From: Anaeromyxobacteraceae bacterium
GTDB taxonomy: Bacteria > Myxococcota > Myxococcia > Myxococcales > Anaeromyxobacteraceae
DNA length: 64,000 nt
Direction: 5' to 3'
Assembly: GCA_032654565.1 (NCBI GenBank)
Contig: JAULAX010000015.1
Span: forward strand, 928,001-992,000
The position numbers were made by a program, and so were the translations under genes. This document shows positions 22,885-33,171 of this stretch, in pieces. The notes under the pieces are model-generated. The model was given only the letters and a program-made list of their open reading frames with translations, was not told where the DNA came from and searched no databases. How positions within the stretch are numbered: the stretch's first letter is position 1; each line of letters starts with the position of its first letter.

Positions 22885-23627
22885 GTGGTTCCCCTCTCGG
22901 CTTCGGGATGGACGTCCCGGCCCAGGTAGGCGCGCTGCATCTCCCGGCTGGCAAGCAGGTCCTCGGCCGAGCCCTCCAGGACGATGCGCCCGGTCTCGAG
23001 CACGTAGCCCCGGTTGGCGATCTTGAGGGCGCCACGGGCGTTCTGCTCCACCAGGAGCACGGTGCACCCGTCCTTGCTGATCCGGGTGATGACCTCGAAG
23101 ATCTCCCTCACCACCAGCGGCGCCAGCCCCATCGACGGCTCGTCGAGCATCAGCAAGGTGGGCCGGGCCATCAGGGCCCGGCCGATGGCCAGCATCTGCT
23201 GCTCCCCGCCGGAGAGGGTCCCGCCCAGCTGGCCGGCCCGCCGCTCCAGGATGGGGAACATCTTCAGCACCCGCTTCAGGTCGGCCTTGACCTCGGCGGC
23301 CTGGCCGCGCCGGTACTGGACGTAGGCGCCCAGCACCAGGTTGTCGTGCACCGTGAGGTCGCCGAAGATCTGCCGCCCCTCCGGCACCAGGGAGCAGCCC
23401 CTGGCGACGATGCGGGCCGTGCTGTCCTGCAGGATCGACTCCCCCCGCAGCCGGACGTCGCCGCGGCGGGGCCGGACCAGGCCGGTGATGGTCTTGAGGA
23501 GCGTGGTCTTGCCGGCGCCGTTGGCCCCGACGATGGCCACCACCTCGCCCTGGTTGACGTGCAGGGAGACGCCCCGGAGCACGTTGACGGCCCCGTAGGC
23601 CACGTCGAGGGTCCGGATGGTCAGCAC
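22881..23627 (-). CDS. livF: Branched-chain amino acid-type ABC transporter ATPase
   Basis: GANGAGKT, VPEGRQIF, LSGGEQQMLAIGRALM, LDEPSMGLAP, VEQN. Confidence 0.92.
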   Translation of the reverse strand: MLTIRTLDVAYGAVNVLRGVSLHVNQGEVVAIVGANGAGKTTLLKTITGLVRPRRGDVRLRGESILQDSTARIVARGCSLVPEGRQIFGDLTVHDNLVLGAYVQYRRGQAAEVKADLKRVLKMFPILERRAGQLGGTLSGGEQQMLAIGRALMARPTLLMLDEPSMGLAPLVVREIFEVITRISKDGCTVLLVEQNARGALKIANRGYVLETGRIVLEGSAEDLLASREMQRAYLGRDVHPEAERGTT

Positions 23628-24388
23628 GCCTCCTCCCCCAGGTAGACCTTCACCACCTGCGGGTCCCGCTGCACGGTGTTGGGATCGGCCTCGGCGATCT
23701 TCTCGCCGTAGCTCAGGACCAGCACCTCGTCGCAGATCTCCATCACCAGTGACATGTCGTGCTCCACCAGCAGCACGGTGATGCCCCGCTCCCGGATGCG
23801 GGTGATGAGGCCGGCCAGGTCGCGGGTCTCGCGCATGTTGAGGCCGGCGGCCGGCTCGTCGAGGAGCAGCAGGTCGGGGTCGGAGGCCAGGGCGCGGGCC
23901 AGCTCCACGGCGCGCTGCTGGCCGTAGGCCAGGCTGGTGGCCTCGGCGTCGGCGAGCGCCTCGATCCCCAGGAAGGCCATGGTCTCCAGGGCGCGGCTTC
24001 GCACCCCTTCGGCCTCGCGCCGGGCCCAGCCCAGGTCGAGCATCCCGGCCAGGAAGCCGGCCCGGCTGCGCAGGTGGCGGCCCACCATGACGTTCTCCAG
24101 CGCCGACAGGTGGGCGAAGAGCCGGATGTTCTGGAAGGTGCGCGAGATCCCGTGCGCCGCCACCTGGTGTGGACGAAGCCCGTGGAGGGGGCGGCCGCCG
24201 AAGTTGATGGTGCCGCGGTCTGGCGCCGAGAAGCCCGAGACCATGTTGAAGAGGGTGGTCTTGCCGGCGCCGTTGGGGCCGATCACCGCCTTGATCATCC
24301 CCCGGCGCAGCTGGAAGCTCACGTCGCTGACGGCCTGGACGCCGCCGAAGCGCTTGGAGACCCCGCTGACCTCGAGGAAGGGCGTCAC
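23621..24388 (-). CDS. livG: Branched-chain amino acid-type ABC transporter ATPase
   Basis: GTG 24388; KRFGG, GPNGAGKTT, RTFQNIRLF, LDEPAAG, VEHDM, YLG. Confidence 0.92.
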   Translation of the reverse strand: MTPFLEVSGVSKRFGGVQAVSDVSFQLRRGMIKAVIGPNGAGKTTLFNMVSGFSAPDRGTINFGGRPLHGLRPHQVAAHGISRTFQNIRLFAHLSALENVMVGRHLRSRAGFLAGMLDLGWARREAEGVRSRALETMAFLGIEALADAEATSLAYGQQRAVELARALASDPDLLLLDEPAAGLNMRETRDLAGLITRIRERGITVLLVEHDMSLVMEICDEVLVLSYGEKIAEADPNTVQRDPQVVKVYLGEEAC

Positions 24389-25467
24389 CGCGGCGCCTCC
24401 GCGGGCCGGCGCAGCCTGGACCGGAGGGCCGCCAGGGCGCGGCGCGGCTCCAGGGCCAGCAGGCCGTCCGGCGCGAAGAGCATGATGCCGACCAGGATCA
24501 CGCCGAAGACCACGTCGTCGAAGATGCCGAAGTAACCGCGCAGGGAGAGGAAGTTGAGCGTCATGCTCATCCCCAGGGTGCCCCACAGGCTGCCCATGCC
24601 ACCGACGGCGACGATGGCCATGTACTTCACCGACTTCATGACCGAGGCCTCGGAGGGACCGATGCCGCCGTTGAAGTGGGTGAGGAAGACCCCGGCCACG
24701 GCGGCCAGGGCGGCGCTCAGCACGAAGGTCTTCAGCTTGAGGCCGGCGGTGTCGACGCCCATGGCGTCGGCCGCGTCCTCGGCGGCGTGGATGGCGCGGA
24801 GCGCCCGGCCCACCCGCGCCTGCACCAGGTTGAGCAGCAGCAGCATGGCCGCCCCCAGCAGCACCGCGGCCACGTAGTAGTTGATCACCCGCCCCGAGAC
24901 CCGGCCGCTGACGCTGGCGCCGAAGGGGAGCGGGAAGGGCGGGACCGCGGAGATGCCGTCGGCGGCGCCGAGCCACTGGGTCCCCAGGGTGATGCTGTAG
25001 ACGATGGTCCCGACGCCGAGGGTGGCCATGGCCAGGTAGTGCCCCTTGAGCTTGAGCACCGGGATCCCCACCAGGAAGGCCACCACGATGGCCAGGGCCA
25101 CGGCCAGGAGACAGGCCACCAGCGGGTGGACCACCAGCAGCTCGCCTCCGTAGAGATCGGAGCGGGCCAGCAGGAGGCCGAGCCGCTCCGAGACCGCGAC
25201 CACCGGAAGGGTCCGGTACGGGGCCAGGTCGAGGGTGGTGAGCACCGCCGAGGTGTAGCCACCCAGGGCGAAGAAGGCGGCGTGGCCGAGAGAGATCTGC
25301 CCGGCGTAGCCCATCAGCAGCGAGATCCCCACCGCCACCAGCGTGTAGTAGGCCGACATGGTCAGCTGGGTGAGGAGGAAGCCCTTCCCGGTCGCCGCCG
25401 CGGCGAGCTGGATGGCCACGGCGCTGGCCATGAAGATCCCCACCTGGCCGTAGCGGTTGAAGGTCAC
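24385..25467 (-). CDS. livM: Branched-chain amino acid-type ABC transporter permease
   Basis: GYAGQISLGHAAF, LKGHYLAMATL, GRALRAI..AA.AMGV, GGMGSLWG. Confidence 0.9.
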   Translation of the reverse strand: MTFNRYGQVGIFMASAVAIQLAAAATGKGFLLTQLTMSAYYTLVAVGISLLMGYAGQISLGHAAFFALGGYTSAVLTTLDLAPYRTLPVVAVSERLGLLLARSDLYGGELLVVHPLVACLLAVALAIVVAFLVGIPVLKLKGHYLAMATLGVGTIVYSITLGTQWLGAADGISAVPPFPLPFGASVSGRVSGRVINYYVAAVLLGAAMLLLLNLVQARVGRALRAIHAAEDAADAMGVDTAGLKLKTFVLSAALAAVAGVFLTHFNGGIGPSEASVMKSVKYMAIVAVGGMGSLWGTLGMSMTLNFLSLRGYFGIFDDVVFGVILVGIMLFAPDGLLALEPRRALAALRSRLRRPAEAPR

Positions 25468-25474
25468 GGAGCCC

Positions 25475-26353
25475 CTAGGGCCGGTAGGCGACCCGGGCGG
25501 CGAAGAGGCCGGTGGGCCGGAGGAAGAGGATGGCGAGCAGGAGGGCGATGGAGACGGCGTCCTTGTACGCCGAGGGGAGGACCGAGACGGCGAAGGCCTC
25601 CAGCACCCCCAGCACCAGTCCGGCGGTCACCGCGGCCAGGCTGCTGCCGAGCCCGCCCAGGATGGCGACGGTGAAGCCCTTGAGGGCCAGGCCGGTGCCG
25701 ATGTTGTACTGGGTGTAGGTGATGGGCGAGACCACGCAGCCGGCCAGGGCGCCCATCCCGGCGCTCAGGACGAAGGAGGCGGTCACCAGGTTGCGGGTCG
25801 GCAGGCCGCAGAGGGCCGCGGCCACCCGGTTCGAGGAGCAGGCCCGCATCTGCTTCCCGGTGCTGCTCCAGCGGAAGAAGGCCGTGGTGAGCGCCACCAG
25901 GGCCGAGCAGGCGCCCAGCGTCCAGAGCACCTGGGGCGAGACCCGGGCGCCGCCGATGGAGAGGGAGGTGATCTCGGTGCCGGTGAAGTAGGGGAGGGCC
26001 CGGACGCTCTGTCCCCAGACCAGCAGGGCGGCCTCGCGGATGAGGATGGAGATGCCGACGGTGATGATGATCATCCGCAGCACCGACGGGCTGGAGAGCC
26101 AGCGGATGAAGATCAGTTCGACCAGCCCGCCGACCACCATGGTGGCCATGACCGCCAGGAGGACGGCGAGCGGGAGCGGCATCCACTCGAGCAGGGAGAC
26201 GGCGATCATCCCGCCCAGCATCACGAACTCGCCCTGGGCGAAGTTGATGACGCCGGTGGCGTTGTAGATGATGTTGAAGCCCATCCCCACCACGGCGTAG
26301 ATCATCCCGTAGGTGAGCCCGGCCATCAGGTACTGGAAGAAGAGGGCGGACAC
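25475..26353 (-). CDS. livH: Branched-chain amino acid-type ABC transporter permease
   Basis: GLTYGMIYA, INFAQGEF, GKQMRA, KGFTVAILGGLG, RPTGLF. Confidence 0.9.
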   Translation of the reverse strand: MSALFFQYLMAGLTYGMIYAVVGMGFNIIYNATGVINFAQGEFVMLGGMIAVSLLEWMPLPLAVLLAVMATMVVGGLVELIFIRWLSSPSVLRMIIITVGISILIREAALLVWGQSVRALPYFTGTEITSLSIGGARVSPQVLWTLGACSALVALTTAFFRWSSTGKQMRACSSNRVAAALCGLPTRNLVTASFVLSAGMGALAGCVVSPITYTQYNIGTGLALKGFTVAILGGLGSSLAAVTAGLVLGVLEAFAVSVLPSAYKDAVSIALLLAILFLRPTGLFAARVAYRP

Positions 26354-26377
26354 CGGGCGGGTCTTCGTCAGCGTCCG

Positions 26378-26803
26378 CTAGATGGGATCGAGGCGGTCGA
26401 GGATGGTGGCGCCGGCGCCGCGCAGGGCGTCGAGGGCGCGGCCGATCTCGTCGAAGCGGAAGATGATGATGGCCCGGTCTCCCTTGCGCCGCGCCGCCGA
26501 GTACATGTACTCGACGTTGATGCCGCTGCGGCGGAGCGCGTGGAGCGTCTCGCTGAGCCCGCCGGGCCGGTCCGGAACCTCGACGGCCACCACCCGCGTC
26601 TTGTCCACGGTGAACCCGGCCTCCTTGAGGATGCGCCGGGTCTCCTCGGGATCGTCGACGATGAGCCGGAGGATGCCGAAGTCGGCCATGTCGGCCAGCG
26701 AGAGCGCCTTCATGTCGATGCCGTGCTTGGCCAGCACGTCGACGACCTCGACGAGTCCGCCAGACCGGTTCTCCAGGAATACCGAGACCTGCGCGACTTC
26801 CAT
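26378..26803 (-). CDS. Tandem ACT domain protein
   Basis: QVSVFLENRSG.L, DFGILRLIV, VPDRPGGL, INVEYMY. Confidence 0.9.
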   Translation of the reverse strand: MEVAQVSVFLENRSGGLVEVVDVLAKHGIDMKALSLADMADFGILRLIVDDPEETRRILKEAGFTVDKTRVVAVEVPDRPGGLSETLHALRRSGINVEYMYSAARRKGDRAIIIFRFDEIGRALDALRGAGATILDRLDPI

Positions 26804-26857
26804 GTGTCTTCTCCCCGGGGCCTGGGACGGGGCGCGCCGGCGCCGCGTCCGGCCCGC

Positions 26858-28228
26858 CTAGATGGTGCGCTTGTCGATGACCCGCTTGGCCTTGCCCTCG
26901 CTCCGCGCCAGGGATCGAGGCTCGACCAGGGTCACCTTGGCCCGGATGCCAAGCACCCGCTCGAGCTCCAGGCCGAGGTTGCGGTGGAGCGTCTCCAAGC
27001 CCCGCATCTTGTCCGAAAAGACCTCGGCGGTCACCTCGACCTGGACCTCCATGTCGTCGAGCCCCTTCTCCCGCGTCAGCACGATGGCGTAGTGGGGCAA
27101 GGTCCCCTCGACCTTGAGGAGCGCCGTCTCCACCTGGGAGGGGAAGACGTTGACGCCGCGGATGATGAACATGTCGTCGGAGCGCCGCTCGATGCGCTTG
27201 ATGCGCCGGAGCGTCCGGCCGCAGGCGCAGGGCTCGGCGATCAGGGTGGTCACGTCGCGGGTCCGGTAGCGGATCATGGGCATGGCCTGCTTGGAGAGGG
27301 TGGTGAGCACCAGCTCGCCCTCGGTGCCATCCGGGAGCACCGCGCCGGTGGCCGGATCGATGATCTCCGGGAAGAAGTGATCCTCGTAGAGGTGGAGACC
27401 GACCTGGTGGACGCACTCGGCGCCCACGCCCGGGCCGATGATCTCGGAGAGGCCGTAGATGTCGTAGCCGCGGATGCCGGTGTCCTTCTGGATGCGCTGG
27501 CGCATGGCCTCGCTCCAGGGCTCGGCGCCGAAGACGCCCACCCGCAGGCGGGAGAAGTCGATCTTGTCCTCCTGGGCCCGCTCGACGAGGTGGAGGAAGT
27601 AGGAGGGGGTGCAGCAGATGACGGTGGCGCCGAAGTCCTGCATCACCATGATCTGGCGCTCGGTGTTGCCCCCGCTGATGGGGATGACCGTGGCGCCGAG
27701 GGCCTCTCCGCCGTAGTGGGCGCCCAGCCCGCCGGTGAAGAGGCCGTAGCCATAGGCGTTCTGGATGATGTCGCCGCGGTGGACGCCGAAGGAGGCGAAG
27801 GCGCGGACCATGACCTCCTTCCAGACCTCGAGGTCGGCCTGGGTGTAGGCCACCACGATGGGCCGGCCGGTGGTCCCCGAGGAGGCGTGGAGCCGGACGA
27901 TCTGCTCCATGGGGCAGGCGAAGAGGCCGAAGGGATAGGTGTCGCGCAGGTCGGCCTTGACCGTGAAGGGCAGCCGGGCCAGGTCGCTGGGGGCCTGGAT
28001 GTCGCTCGGGGAGAGGCCGTGCTCCTCCATCCGCCGCCGGAAGTGCTCGACCCGCCCGTAGGCCAGCTCCACGGTGGAGCGGAGGCGCTGCAGCTGGACC
28101 TCCTGGAGCCGGGCTCGCGGCAGGTAGTCCGAGGCGCTCCAGGGGTGGAAACCGCTTGCCGGATCGTTCCGGGTGCTCAACGTCGACCTCCCGGGGCGGG
28201 GGTGCCCCTTCCTCGAATCCACGGTCAC
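26858..28228 (-). CDS. paaK: Phenylacetate-CoA ligase family protein (canonical motifs)
   Basis: [47 protein letters not shown]; exact start uncertain. Confidence 0.9.
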   Translation of the reverse strand: MTVDSRKGHPRPGRSTLSTRNDPASGFHPWSASDYLPRARLQEVQLQRLRSTVELAYGRVEHFRRRMEEHGLSPSDIQAPSDLARLPFTVKADLRDTYPFGLFACPMEQIVRLHASSGTTGRPIVVAYTQADLEVWKEVMVRAFASFGVHRGDIIQNAYGYGLFTGGLGAHYGGEALGATVIPISGGNTERQIMVMQDFGATVICCTPSYFLHLVERAQEDKIDFSRLRVGVFGAEPWSEAMRQRIQKDTGIRGYDIYGLSEIIGPGVGAECVHQVGLHLYEDHFFPEIIDPATGAVLPDGTEGELVLTTLSKQAMPMIRYRTRDVTTLIAEPCACGRTLRRIKRIERRSDDMFIIRGVNVFPSQVETALLKVEGTLPHYAIVLTREKGLDDMEVQVEVTAEVFSDKMRGLETLHRNLGLELERVLGIRAKVTLVEPRSLARSEGKAKRVIDKRTI

Positions 28229-28731
28229 CTGACGCCGGCCGCTGCCGCGGTCCTGGCGGCGCGGGCCCGACCCAGCTTGAAGGCCTGCTCGTTCATGGCG
28301 TGCAGCCGCTCCGCCAGGGCGGCCCGGACCGCCTCGAGGAAGATCCCCTCGGGGATGTCGAGGTGCGCCGAGAGCGCTCCCAGGAGCGCCACGTTGAGGC
28401 TGCGCTGGTTGGTGAGCTCCGCCGCCGGGATGAAGTCGGGCGCCAGGAGCAGGCCGCCCGGCCGCAGCAGCGGCCGGGTGACCTCGACCTCGGAGGGCGC
28501 CAGCACCACCAGGAAGTCGGCCTCGCCCCGGGGGATCATCGGCGAGAGCACCTTCTGGCCGAAGCGGACGTCGGAGGTGACCGAGCCGCCACGCTGGCTC
28601 ATGCCGTGGACCTCGGCCTTCTTGACGTCGAACCCGGCCCGCACCGCGGCGTCAGCCAGGATGTCCGAGGCCTTGATGACCCCCTGCCCGCCCAGCCCGG
28701 CCAGGATGACGTTGGTGACCCGGTCGCTCAC
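28225..28731 (-). CDS. iorB: Indolepyruvate/arylpyruvate:ferredoxin oxidoreductase beta subunit
   Basis: [25 protein letters not shown]. Confidence 0.9.
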   Translation of the reverse strand: MSDRVTNVILAGLGGQGVIKASDILADAAVRAGFDVKKAEVHGMSQRGGSVTSDVRFGQKVLSPMIPRGEADFLVVLAPSEVEVTRPLLRPGGLLLAPDFIPAAELTNQRSLNVALLGALSAHLDIPEGIFLEAVRAALAERLHAMNEQAFKLGRARAARTAAAAGVR

Positions 28732-30350
28732 GCGTCCTCCACGGCGCAGCCGGCGCAGGACGAGGCGCGGCTGGCCTCGGCCGCTTTCTCCCAGCCGCGG
28801 ATGTCGGCCGCCGCCAGCACGCAGGGGCGCCGGGCCACGATCATGGAGAGGCGGGGGGTGGCCAGCTTCTCGACCAGCAGCTTCTCGAAGCCGGCCGGGT
28901 CGGCGAAGGGATCGAGGATCGAGGTGTCGATCCCCATCGACCGGGCCACCCCCTCGATGGAGACCTTGCCGGTGGCCTCATGCTCCAGGGTCCGGCCGGT
29001 CCCGGGGTGCTCCTGCTGCCCGGTCATGGCGGTGATGCCGTTGTCGAGGACGATGACCACGTGGCCGAGCGCCGGGGGGTTGTAGACCATCTCCATGATG
29101 CCGGAGACGCCGGAGTGGATGAAGGTCGAGTCGCCGATGATGGAGACCACCCGTCGGGCCTGGTCGGGGGGGAGCACGTGGCGCAGCCCCAGGCCGACGC
29201 CGATCGAGGCCCCCATGGCCACGCAGGTGTCCATGGCCCGGTAGGGCTCCATGACGCCCAGCGTGTAGCAGCCGATGTCGCCGGCCACGATGCAGTCGAG
29301 CTTGCGCAGCGAGGCGTAGACCGGATGGTAGGGGCAGGCGGCGCAGAGCTCCGGCGGCTTCCCCTTGGGGAGCGGCGGCTCGGTGGAGAGGTCGCCGGCC
29401 AGGATGCGGCGGACCCGGCCGACGTCGAGCTCGCCGAAGCGGAACATCTCCGGCTTCGACTCGACGGCGATCCCGGCGGCGCGCAGCGCGTCGGCGATGA
29501 CCGGGTCGCCCTCCTCGATGACCAGGCAGCGCTTCACCCCGGCGGCGAAGGCGCGCAACCGCTCCACCGGGAGCGGGTGGACCAGGCCGATCTTGAAGAA
29601 GCTGGCGCCCGGGGAGGCCTCGGCGGCGTGCAGCGCGCAGACCCCGTCGGTGATGATCCCCAGCTCCGGGCTGCCCGGGGTGACGGTGTTGATGTCGCTG
29701 GTCTCGCCGAAGGCGGCGATCTCGGCCAGCTTGGCCCGCAGCTTCTTGTGGGCCGGGCGGGCGAAGGCCGGGACCATGACCCGGCCCGGGATGTCGCGCA
29801 CGAAGCTGGGGGCGCGGGGGGTCTCCGCCGCGGCCCGCGAGGTGACCAGGGACTTCGAGTGGCAGACCCGGGTGGTCATGCGGAACAGCACCGGCAGCGA
29901 CCAGCGCTCGCTGAGCTCGATGGCGCGGAAGAGGTAGTCGTAGGCCTCCTGGGGATCGGCCGGGGAGAGCATGGGCAGGCCGGCGGCGATGGCGTAGCGC
30001 CGGTTGTCCTGCTCGTTCTGCGAGGAGGCCATGCCGGGGTCGTCGGCCGAGACCACCACCAGGGCGCCGGTGACGCCGGTGTAGGCGGCGGTGAAGAGCG
30101 GGTCGGCGGCCACGTTGAGGCCGACGTGCTTCATGGTCACCAGGGCCCGGCCGCCGCCGTAGGCGGCTCCCAGCCCGACCTCGAGCGCCACCTTCTCGTT
30201 GGGCGCCCACTGGGCGCGCCCGCCCAGGGCGCCGAAGGCCTCCAGGATCTCGGTGGAGGGCGTGCCGGGATACCCGGTTCCCAGGGCGATGCCCGCGTCG
30301 CGGGCAGCGAGGGCGACGGCTTCGTCGCCGGAAAGCAGTCTTCTCTCCAT
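28728..30350 (-). CDS. iorA: Indolepyruvate/arylpyruvate:ferredoxin oxidoreductase alpha subunit (no C-terminal ferredoxin domain)
   Basis: ATG 30350; GYPGTPSTE, NEKVA, MKHVGLNVAAD, SSQNEQD, LCAACP, GDIGCY, GDSTF, DN..TAMTG.Q. Confidence 0.92.
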   Translation of the reverse strand: MERRLLSGDEAVALAARDAGIALGTGYPGTPSTEILEAFGALGGRAQWAPNEKVALEVGLGAAYGGGRALVTMKHVGLNVAADPLFTAAYTGVTGALVVVSADDPGMASSQNEQDNRRYAIAAGLPMLSPADPQEAYDYLFRAIELSERWSLPVLFRMTTRVCHSKSLVTSRAAAETPRAPSFVRDIPGRVMVPAFARPAHKKLRAKLAEIAAFGETSDINTVTPGSPELGIITDGVCALHAAEASPGASFFKIGLVHPLPVERLRAFAAGVKRCLVIEEGDPVIADALRAAGIAVESKPEMFRFGELDVGRVRRILAGDLSTEPPLPKGKPPELCAACPYHPVYASLRKLDCIVAGDIGCYTLGVMEPYRAMDTCVAMGASIGVGLGLRHVLPPDQARRVVSIIGDSTFIHSGVSGIMEMVYNPPALGHVVIVLDNGITAMTGQQEHPGTGRTLEHEATGKVSIEGVARSMGIDTSILDPFADPAGFEKLLVEKLATPRLSMIVARRPCVLAAADIRGWEKAAEASRASSCAGCAVEDA

Positions 30351-30379
30351 CACGTCGGCTCCCGCGTGGGAATAGCAGG

Positions 30380-30411
30380 CATTCTGGTACGCTTTTACTT
30401 GAATTGTCCAG
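30380..30411 (-). promoter_or_regulatory. Conserved operator/promoter copy 3 upstream of iorA
   Basis: cattctggtacgcttttacttgaattgtccag; minus strand TGGACA-N18-CAGAAT, 30 nt upstream of the iorA ATG. Confidence 0.75.
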
Positions 30412-30541
30412 AGTCTCGGTGCGGACGGGGCAAGGATCAACCGTCGAGGCGGCTGGGCGGCTCCTGTCCTGTCAGGCCTGCCGGGCGTTACGGAAAACGT
30501 TCTCTTGCCGCCGCAGACCCCTTCTGGTCTCCTCACCGGGT

Positions 30542-31474
30542 ATGCGACCATCCAAGCGCCACCACCTCCTCACCCTGGCCTGCCTGGTCCTTGTCGCCCC
30601 CGCCGCCCGCGCCGAGGGGCCGGCCCCGGCGGCAGCCACCGCCGCGCCGCCCGCCGCCGCGGCGCCGGCCCCGCCGCACGGGCCGCTGCCGGGCCAGCAG
30701 GTGGTGGTGGTGCTCAAGGACGGCCAGCGGCTGAGGGGGACGCTGGTGAGCCAGGACGCCGACGGCCTCACCATCGAGTCCTCCGGCGCCCGGGTGCACC
30801 TGGCCGCCGCCTCGGTGCAGTCGCTGGCCCTCCCCGGCAGCGCCGCCGCCGAGGGGCCGTGGCCGCGCGACCCCAACCGGACCCGCTACCTCTACTCGCC
30901 GAGCGGCTTCATGCTGCGCCAGGGGGAGGGGTATCTGTCGCAGACCCAGCTGATCATCACCTCGGTCGGCGTCGGCCTCACCGACTGGCTGACGCTGCAG
31001 GCCGGCACCATCCTGCCCTGGGCCATCTACGAGCCCTCGACCATGCCCTACATCGTGGCCGTCAAGGCGGGCGGCTCGCCCAGCCCGTCGGTCCACCTGG
31101 CCGGCGGCTTCCAGACCCTCTTCCTCCCCGGGATCAAGGAGCTGCCGGCGGTCGGGTTCCTCTACGGCACCGTCACCCTGGGGACCGAGGACCTGCACCT
31201 CGGCCTCTCCGGGGGGCCACCCTTCGCCTTCGACAAGAGCAGCACCAGGCTGGGGTCGGCCATCTTCTCGCTCTCCGGCAACTGGCGCCTCGGCCGCTCC
31301 ATCGCCCTGGTCAGCGAGAACTGGATCGTCCCGGTGAACGGCTCCAGCCAGCTCACCGGCAGCGCCGCCGTCCGCTTCATCGGCGAGCGGCTCGGCGTCG
31401 ACGCCGGGTTCATCTTCGTGAACGGCGTGGGCGTGCCGCTCCCCTGGCTCGACTTCACCTGGCACTGGTACTGA
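30542..31474 (+). CDS. Exported hypothetical protein, possible outer-membrane beta-barrel
   Basis: Signal peptide ending ARA, Pro/Ala linker, small V.LKDG..L.G domain, alternating beta-strand pattern, aromatic C-terminus (DFTWHWY). Confidence 0.7.
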   Translation: MRPSKRHHLLTLACLVLVAPAARAEGPAPAAATAAPPAAAAPAPPHGPLPGQQVVVVLKDGQRLRGTLVSQDADGLTIESSGARVHLAAASVQSLALPGSAAAEGPWPRDPNRTRYLYSPSGFMLRQGEGYLSQTQLIITSVGVGLTDWLTLQAGTILPWAIYEPSTMPYIVAVKAGGSPSPSVHLAGGFQTLFLPGIKELPAVGFLYGTVTLGTEDLHLGLSGGPPFAFDKSSTRLGSAIFSLSGNWRLGRSIALVSENWIVPVNGSSQLTGSAAVRFIGERLGVDAGFIFVNGVGVPLPWLDFTWHWY

Positions 31475-31476
31475 GA

Positions 31477-31501
31477 GCGCCCCCCGCCTGGCGGGGGGCG
31501 C
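31477..31501. terminator. GC-rich hairpin between convergent genes
   Basis: Perfect inverted repeat gcgccccccgcc-t-ggcggggggcgc 3 nt after the stop; no poly-T tail. Confidence 0.5.
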
Positions 31502-31572
31502 CCAGGTCGGCCGCGGCACGAGCACATCTCGCAACCCCCGGCCGCAGGAGGCTGGGGGTCATGTGATGTGCG

Positions 31573-32928
31573 CTAGACCGTCACCTTGGGCAGGTGGGAC
31601 AGCGACTCCTTCACCTTCTCGGCCGGGTACTCGTAGTCCACCAGCTTGCCGGCCAGGTAGTCGTCGTAGGCGACCATGTCGACGTGGCCGTGGCCGGAGA
31701 GGTTGAAGAGGATGGTGCGGGGCTTCCCCTCGGCCTTGGCGGCCAGGGCCTCGTCGATGGCGCCGCGGATGGCGTGCGACGACTCCGGCGCCGGGATGAT
31801 GGCCTCGGTGCGGGCGAAGGTGACCGCCGCCTCGAAGCAGGAGAGCTGGCCGACGGCGCGGGCCTCGATGAGGCCGTGGTGGAGCAGCTGCGAGACCAGC
31901 GGCGAGGCGCCGTGGTAGCGCAGGCCGCCGGCGTGGATGCCGGGCGGCATGAAGTCGTGGCCGAGGGTGTGCATCTTGACCACCGGCGCCATCCTGGCGG
32001 TGTCGCCGAAGTCGAAGTCGTAGACCCCCTTGGTCAGCGTCGGGCAGGAGGCCGGCTCCACCGCCAGCAGCCGCACCTGCTTCCCGGCCGCCTTGTCAGC
32101 GATGAAGGGGAAGGCCATGCCGGCGAAGTTGGAGCCGCCGCCGTGGCAGGCGATGACCACGTCGGGGTAGTCGCCGGCCAGCTTCAGCTGCTCCTTGGCC
32201 TCCAGCCCGATGACGGTCTGGTGCAGGCAGACGTGGTTGAGCACCGAGCCGAGCGCGTACTTGGTGTCGTCGTGGGTGGCGGCGTCCTCGACCGCCTCGG
32301 AGATGGCGATGCCGAGCGAGCCCTGGTTGTCGGGGTCCTTGGCCAGGATGGCGCGGCCGGCGTTGGTGCGCGGGCTCGGCGAGGCCAGCACCTCGGCCCC
32401 CCAGAGCTGCATCATGGAGCGGCGGTAGGGCTTCTGGCCGTGCGAGACCTTCACCATGTAGATGGTGCACTCGAGGCCGAACATCTGGCAGGCCAGGGCG
32501 ATCGACGAGCCCCACTGCCCGGCGCCGGTCTCGGAGGCGATGCGCCGGGTGCCGGCCTGCTTGTTGTAGAAGGCCTGCGGCACGGCGGTGTTGGGCTTGT
32601 GCGAGCCGGCCGGCGAGACCCCCTCGTACTTGAAGTAGATCTTGGCCGGGGTGCCCAGCAGCTTCTCCAGCCGGTGGGCGCGGATCAGCGGGCTGGGGCG
32701 CCAGAGCTGGTAGATCTCGCGGACCTCGTCGGGGATCTTGATCCAGCGCTCGGCCGACATCTCCTGCTCGAGCAGCTGCGGCGGGAAGAGCGGCAGCATG
32801 TCGGCCGGGGTCACCGGCTGGAGCGTGCCGGGGTGGAGCACCGGCGCCGGCGGCGCCGGGAGGTCGGCGATGACGTTGTACCAGTGGGTCGGGATCTGGT
32901 TCTCGCCGAGCAGGAACTTGGTCTGCAT
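31573..32928 (-). CDS. trpB: TrpB2-type tryptophan synthase beta chain (stand-alone PLP enzyme)
   Basis: ATG 32928 after [53 protein letters not shown]. Confidence 0.93.
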   Translation of the reverse strand: MQTKFLLGENQIPTHWYNVIADLPAPPAPVLHPGTLQPVTPADMLPLFPPQLLEQEMSAERWIKIPDEVREIYQLWRPSPLIRAHRLEKLLGTPAKIYFKYEGVSPAGSHKPNTAVPQAFYNKQAGTRRIASETGAGQWGSSIALACQMFGLECTIYMVKVSHGQKPYRRSMMQLWGAEVLASPSPRTNAGRAILAKDPDNQGSLGIAISEAVEDAATHDDTKYALGSVLNHVCLHQTVIGLEAKEQLKLAGDYPDVVIACHGGGSNFAGMAFPFIADKAAGKQVRLLAVEPASCPTLTKGVYDFDFGDTARMAPVVKMHTLGHDFMPPGIHAGGLRYHGASPLVSQLLHHGLIEARAVGQLSCFEAAVTFARTEAIIPAPESSHAIRGAIDEALAAKAEGKPRTILFNLSGHGHVDMVAYDDYLAGKLVDYEYPAEKVKESLSHLPKVTV

Positions 32929-33171
32929 GGGTCTCCTTGCGAAACGGGGGGACCGACAATTAGGCCGGGCCCGGCCCTGCTCGTCAAGCCATTGGCGCAG
33001 GTCCCGGGGGCGTGGAATCCACACTTCCGGTCCGTCACCCCAATGGCGCACCAGGAAGGTCCCAGATATTTCGGGCGGAAAATTCAACCCGGAAGGGCTG
33101 TGGGCTAGGATGGGCCCCAAGTTTTCCACTCGCGAGGAAGCGAGCCAGCCGGGGGTCTTACGGGAGTCGAG

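Noticed and set aside
25457..29035. 1192-aa plus-strand ORF (likewise 46621..49611, 49665..53330 and the upstream part of 31573..36135)
   Set aside because: Antisense or off-frame shadows typical of very high GC DNA; they overlap well-supported genes and have no motifs
31573..32928. trpB2 as part of the aromatic regulon
   Set aside because: No operator motif seen upstream; stand-alone trpB2 genes are common, so proximity to iorAB may be coincidental
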